Source of the DNA: a virus
IMG/VR virus record: IMGVR_UViG_3300036770_004732
Location: 32,001 to 96,000 of that record
Reading direction: 5' to 3' (one strand)
Length of the DNA: 64,000 bases
Of this stretch, positions 59,649 to 64,000 are shown piece by piece. The notes beneath the pieces were generated by a model. That model was not told where the DNA came from. It worked only from the letters and a program-made list of their open reading frames with translations, and ran no database searches. How positions within the stretch are numbered: the stretch's first letter is position 1; every line of letters begins with the position of its first letter. Both the position numbers and the translations under genes were made by a program.

Positions 59649-60394
59649 AAGTCTAAAATTAAATTTTGATAATAATCAACAGATTTCTGCGAATTTCCTC
59701 CACAAGAGTGCCAATTGCTATCTTGGCGAAGTCTATGATTATGACGAAGTTTATCAACCACTTTGAATTCGCCACCATTCTTTAACCAAAAATAATAACA
59801 GGCAGCAGTATCTGCATGAAGCAAAGGAATAGAGGTATCTTGAAAAGGTTTTTCTAAGAAATCAAGATATGTTTGACGATTAAAAATATAATTACCACTA
59901 TTCAAAAACCATCCAAACCATTTTGTTTTTTTAATTAAAGCATCCTTTGATTCTTCGATTCCTATGGTTTCATATTTAAAACTATAATCGGAAATTGTTT
60001 CATAGTCAACATTATTATCAGTTTTACAAAACAATTGACGTGGAGAATAACAAATTAAAGGGTTATCATCTGAAATTGTTCTAATAATCTGATATGTTTC
60101 TTCAAAGGGGTGATTATCACTATCCAACATATAAATCCAATCATTGGCACAATTTTTAACAGTAACATACTTATTTCTAAATGCTCCAAGATTTAATTTA
60201 TTTCTAAACAATTTAATTTTATTCGAGTTCAAATTGTCAATAATTTCTATTAGTTTTTGAAAATGATATTCATTCGAACAGTCATCATTAACAACAATTT
60301 CAGAAACAAAATCATCATCAATGGCATATTTAATACAATCAGTAAAATACTGAGATGTATTATAAAAAGGAATTGCAAGAGTAACGTTTTTCAT
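59645..60394 (-). CDS. GT2 glycosyltransferase
   Basis: IPFYN, EIVVNDDCS, NLGAF.N and LDSD. Confidence 0.85.
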   Translation of the reverse strand: MKNVTLAIPFYNTSQYFTDCIKYAIDDDFVSEIVVNDDCSNEYHFQKLIEIIDNLNSNKIKLFRNKLNLGAFRNKYVTVKNCANDWIYMLDSDNHPFEETYQIIRTISDDNPLICYSPRQLFCKTDNNVDYETISDYSFKYETIGIEESKDALIKKTKWFGWFLNSGNYIFNRQTYLDFLEKPFQDTSIPLLHADTAACYYFWLKNGGEFKVVDKLRHNHRLRQDSNWHSCGGNSQKSVDYYQNLILDL

Positions 60395-61242
60395 AAAACT
60401 TTTCCAAAGAACTCAATAACATGGTCAATATTTGGTGATTTACTGAATGTTGGTGCATTCAAAATTTTTTGGGCAAGAATATCATCCTGATCAACTTGAA
60501 TCACTCTTTCAACCAAAGTATCAATAGATTCGAAATCTTTCAAATTAATACAACATTCGGGATTAAACTCTAATCCCCAAACTTCATTATCAGAATGATA
60601 AATTGGAATATTACCTGCAATTCTTGCGTGCATAAGTTTTTCAGTGTACCAACCCGGATGAATTGTTCCCTCATAGCAAATAGAAAATTTATAATCAGAA
60701 ATTACTTCTAATTTATGATGCTCACCATCAGGAATTCGGTTACTTGCCCCATAAGTATCAACTGTTTTATATTGACTCAATTTTGCAATTGTATCCAATC
60801 TGTTCTGAAATGGACTATTAAACATTATAGCACAGAACTTATTTTTTGGTTTTGATGAATAAGGATTTGGCCGATCAAAATAATCCAAAGGAATTAACCA
60901 GTCTGGATTATCATAAGATCCTACATTAAACCAATCCACATAAAAATACCATAGAGGTATTCTGAAGTTGCGTCCATTATAGTCATCATAGTCAGAACAG
61001 AGACTATATTCTGCCTGATCATAACGACCCGTAGGACGATTGTTTTCCCCAATAAAACAAAACTTTCGACAATTATATTGACGATGAGAGTCTCCAAACT
61101 CACCGTAAATAATCAAATCTGCTTCATGTGGTCCGGTAACTTGAACATTCTCCTTTGCTTTTTTAATGCAATGAATTAGAAAATTATTATATGGGTTAAA
61201 TGCCTTAGGTGCTCCCCAAAAATCAATAAATGCTATTTTCAT
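60391..61242 (-). CDS. Alpha-1,3-fucosyltransferase-like (GT10)
   Basis: GEN.RP, KFC...N, YKFSICYE....GWYTEK and IPIY. Confidence 0.85.
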   Translation of the reverse strand: MKIAFIDFWGAPKAFNPYNNFLIHCIKKAKENVQVTGPHEADLIIYGEFGDSHRQYNCRKFCFIGENNRPTGRYDQAEYSLCSDYDDYNGRNFRIPLWYFYVDWFNVGSYDNPDWLIPLDYFDRPNPYSSKPKNKFCAIMFNSPFQNRLDTIAKLSQYKTVDTYGASNRIPDGEHHKLEVISDYKFSICYEGTIHPGWYTEKLMHARIAGNIPIYHSDNEVWGLEFNPECCINLKDFESIDTLVERVIQVDQDDILAQKILNAPTFSKSPNIDHVIEFFGKVL

Positions 61243-61243
61243 T

Positions 61244-61915
61244 TTAACCTTGAATTGTACTTCTATACATAGAATTTTGCGTTGCTAGTGGCGGTTCAAA
61301 CCAATAATTTTTAAGTGAGTATTTAATTATAGCATAATTATAATAAAAGTCAGAAGCCTCAGAAGTATTTTTTAGATCTTGTAAAATAATATTTGCTCCT
61401 TTCTTACTTAAAATATAACAGTGAGTGCAACGAGAGTAATCTTTAGAATATATTTTTTGTCCTTCAACATACTGATCTCGATGATAATGATACAAACTTA
61501 AATTACAACAATCTCCCACCCAACCAACATCCCAGTCTTCGGGCATTTCAGCAATATATTCTTGAAGTTGAGATAAAAAATTATCACATAAGACAACATC
61601 ATCTTCCAAAATAAGTCCATAAAAATCATCACTTTTTGCAATTTGTTCGATAATGTAACAATGTTTAAGAAGTAAAGATATTTCAGAGTGTTTTAAATGC
61701 CTTCTCGTAGGATTCCAACGATTACCTGGAGTAAGTCCAAATACATTTGGATACTCTTTTTCTATTTCTTCCCTGTCCCAAGTTTCCACATCATAAGATT
61801 CAACCCATTCAACATCAGAAAATCCTTGTGCTTCTAGCACTGGAAGAAGATTATTTTTTCGTTCTACAAGTTTAGACCAATGACATACATAAGTTTTCAT
61901 AATATCTACATCCAA
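61244..61915 (-). CDS. GT25-like glycosyltransferase
   Basis: H..KL.ER, EISL..KH, LILEDDV and T..Y..SK.GA. Confidence 0.82.
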   Translation of the reverse strand: MDVDIMKTYVCHWSKLVERKNNLLPVLEAQGFSDVEWVESYDVETWDREEIEKEYPNVFGLTPGNRWNPTRRHLKHSEISLLLKHCYIIEQIAKSDDFYGLILEDDVVLCDNFLSQLQEYIAEMPEDWDVGWVGDCCNLSLYHYHRDQYVEGQKIYSKDYSRCTHCYILSKKGANIILQDLKNTSEASDFYYNYAIIKYSLKNYWFEPPLATQNSMYRSTIQG

Positions 61916-62538
61916 TTTCCAATTTTTAAATTAGGTATTTTACTCAATTGTTCTACGAGAATGTTATGATCATAATCTCCAATCAAAAGATTATTATTAT
62001 CATGCCATTCAATATAAATTTCATCAATTAAGTTTATGGTATTTTCTTTAAGCAATTTAGGAATAATTTCAAACTCTGCACCTTCAATATCCATTTTACA
62101 AATTACATAATCTTCTTTGGATACATTTTTAGTCAAAAAGTCAGAAAAATCAATACACTCAACTTCCATATCATTAGATAACCAATTGTCTTGAATCCAA
62201 TGAGGTCTTCTCCATTTATCGCCCATAATATTAGAAGCACCCCCTGCCTTTAAATCATATCCAAGGTGCTCTCCAGTATGCATACATATATATTCTCCAG
62301 TAAAAGACTCTAGAGTAAGTATTTTTTTACATTCTTCAACCCACAATGCAACTTCATGAAAAATAATAGTATAATTTTTAAATTTCTCATCAGAAAATCG
62401 TTTTTTTGAATAGTCTAAAGCGTGTGGATTTGGTTCAAAGCAATGAATTTCAAAAGTATCATTTATCAATTCTCTCGAAATAAATTGATTTAAACCTTGC
62501 CCCAAATTAGTACCACAATCTAAAAAAATATTTTTCAT
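61906..62538 (-). CDS. FkbM-family methyltransferase
   Basis: FLDCG.N.GQ, FEPNP, KMDIEGAEF and EWH. Confidence 0.85.
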   Translation of the reverse strand: MKNIFLDCGTNLGQGLNQFISRELINDTFEIHCFEPNPHALDYSKKRFSDEKFKNYTIIFHEVALWVEECKKILTLESFTGEYICMHTGEHLGYDLKAGGASNIMGDKWRRPHWIQDNWLSNDMEVECIDFSDFLTKNVSKEDYVICKMDIEGAEFEIIPKLLKENTINLIDEIYIEWHDNNNLLIGDYDHNILVEQLSKIPNLKIGNWM

Positions 62539-63293
62539 TTTTCAAACCACCTTTTTCTCCATTTCTGACCACCGGCAAAATGACGAATAATTACATCATT
62601 TGGTTTAACATAATTAATCAAAAAATCACATCCGGATTCACCTGGAAGTTCAGTGACATTCCATTCTGTCGGTAAAAGTTGCACATTTTGATAAAGTTCT
62701 TCTAAAGAATAAACCGTCCAGTTATTCTTATCGGTGTGCCAACCAAAATTGGGAAGTTCCCAAAAAGGAATATCAGAATGTCTTTTAATACCGGCAAGAG
62801 AATACCAAGATGCTTGATCATAAAAAACTTCCCAAAAACTACTATAAGTTCCAAATCTTTCATGAATAGTTAATTGATTATGAAGATTATTATATCTTTC
62901 TTCATCTACAATTAGATCAAACAATTTACGAGTCCAATCGTTTACGCGGACAGAATATGAACCCATACAATGAGTATTTCCAGAGTCAATAGAATAAGCA
63001 AAAGATTTTCCCTCATCTGGAACATATAACATGTCTCTTTTAACAATGGCCATATCCGCATCTAAACAAGTTAGAATATCACCTTCTTTAAGTGTTGATT
63101 TTAATAATTCCTGAACTTTAAACGGTTTAATCCACCCAACTTTACCTCTTACAGGATCCAATTTTTCAGTAATTTCAACATATTCGAATCCATGAATTTG
63201 ACAGTACTCTTTATTTCTCGGAGACATATAAGTCTCAAAGAATTCTTGTCTCCAATCTGGATAACTAGCAATAACCATTAAATATTTTTTCAT
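62535..63293 (-). CDS. GT34-like/nucleotide-diphospho-sugar transferase
   Basis: YC..HG.EY, W.K, LDAD, DQA, WN and HFAG; probable start ATG at 63293. Confidence 0.7.
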   Translation of the reverse strand: MKKYLMVIASYPDWRQEFFETYMSPRNKEYCQIHGFEYVEITEKLDPVRGKVGWIKPFKVQELLKSTLKEGDILTCLDADMAIVKRDMLYVPDEGKSFAYSIDSGNTHCMGSYSVRVNDWTRKLFDLIVDEERYNNLHNQLTIHERFGTYSSFWEVFYDQASWYSLAGIKRHSDIPFWELPNFGWHTDKNNWTVYSLEELYQNVQLLPTEWNVTELPGESGCDFLINYVKPNDVIIRHFAGGQKWRKRWFEK

Positions 63294-63297
63294 GTGA

Positions 63298-64000
63298 TTA
63301 AAAAGGTTCGTAACGTAAAATTTTCCAATTTGATCTATATAGGTCTTCCATACTAATATTTTCATACCAAGGCCAAGGAGCAATTGTTTTCTTACTATTT
63401 GCTAACCAGGATCCCCACCAACTAAAAGAACTATTAGATATTATATGATAAGTACACAAAGATTGTAGACAAAGATCTACAGAAGTTGAATTATTTTCAG
63501 AATAATGGAATCTTTCTTGTTTAAAAAACTCCTGATCTTTACACCATTCAATATCATCAGAGACTAGCATTACTGGAAGATCCTCATCAAAATTTTGTAG
63601 GGCATCTTTCGCATATTCAACACCATAAGGTCTATGCGTTTCACTATAAAGAAGATAATCAGTTCTGCGGATATGTAATGAAATAACAGGATCGTCTCCA
63701 AAAGTAGAACTGAAAAATTCATTTACTGGTTCTTGAATCTCGTCAACGAAAGTAAATGCCTTTCTAATCTCTTCTTCAATATGTTTGAAATATTTTTCAG
63801 TCTGAAAATATCCATATAAATTTATATTATCTGGACAATTATTCCATAAATTTTCATCTAGAAAAAAATTTTTTGCCTCCATATACTTTGGAAAATTTGT
63901 AATATGTCTTGGAGCATCAGATAACTTAAATGTTTCAAATATTGTAGTATCAGAATTTCTACAACGTTCATCTCTGGTTGCTACAATTTCTCTTGGTGGA
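63298..64000 (-). CDS. Second alpha-1,2-fucosyltransferase-like (GT11); 5' end outside the window
   Basis: GYFQTEKYF, LHIRRTDY and IISNSSFSWWGSWL; the frame appears to continue to the window edge. Confidence 0.88.
   Translation of the reverse strand, partial: PPREIVATRDERCRNSDTTIFETFKLSDAPRHITNFPKYMEAKNFFLDENLWNNCPDNINLYGYFQTEKYFKHIEEEIRKAFTFVDEIQEPVNEFFSSTFGDDPVISLHIRRTDYLLYSETHRPYGVEYAKDALQNFDEDLPVMLVSDDIEWCKDQEFFKQERFHYSENNSTSVDLCLQSLCTYHIISNSSFSWWGSWLANSKKTIAPWPWYENISMEDLYRSNWKILRYEPF

Overview
This 64 kb AT-rich window comes from a large T4-like cyanophage (cyanomyovirus), with most genes on the minus strand. It divides into six blocks. (1) 1-10.2 kb is a baseplate/tail module: gp5, a hub candidate, lysozyme- and tape-measure-like proteins, gp51, gp26, gp54/gp19-like, gp4, gp2-like, gp48 and gp53. 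(2) 10.2-18.3 kb holds a Mom-like DNA modifier and the replication/transcription core: gp32, gp59, gp33, an exonuclease, phoH, thyX and glutaredoxin. It also contains a nitrogen-sensing cassette made of an NtcA box, a tandem glutamine riboswitch and DUF4278 peptides. (3) 18.4-44.1 kb is an accessory island and my best candidate for an undescribed system, probably virion-fibre post-translational decoration. It interleaves a 2312-aa Gly-X-Gln collagen-like fibre, three paralogous 12-repeat Kelch-like proteins with Pro-rich variable loops, two paralogous adaptor-like proteins and a fibre chaperone with two 2OG-Fe(II) oxygenases, a sulfotransferase and several glycosyltransferases. (4) 44.2-50.5 kb has small accessory genes and psbA. 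psbA is split by three group I introns: one with a LAGLIDADG endonuclease, one with an HNH endonuclease and one with no ORF. A free-standing EndoVII-type endonuclease follows it. (5) 50.5-53.6 kb carries lysis genes and two hli genes. (6) 53.7-64 kb is a dense glycan biosynthesis cluster (GT25, GT6, GT47, GT2, GT10, GT11, an epimerase, FkbM methyltransferases). All family assignments come from motif recognition by eye; no database search was run.
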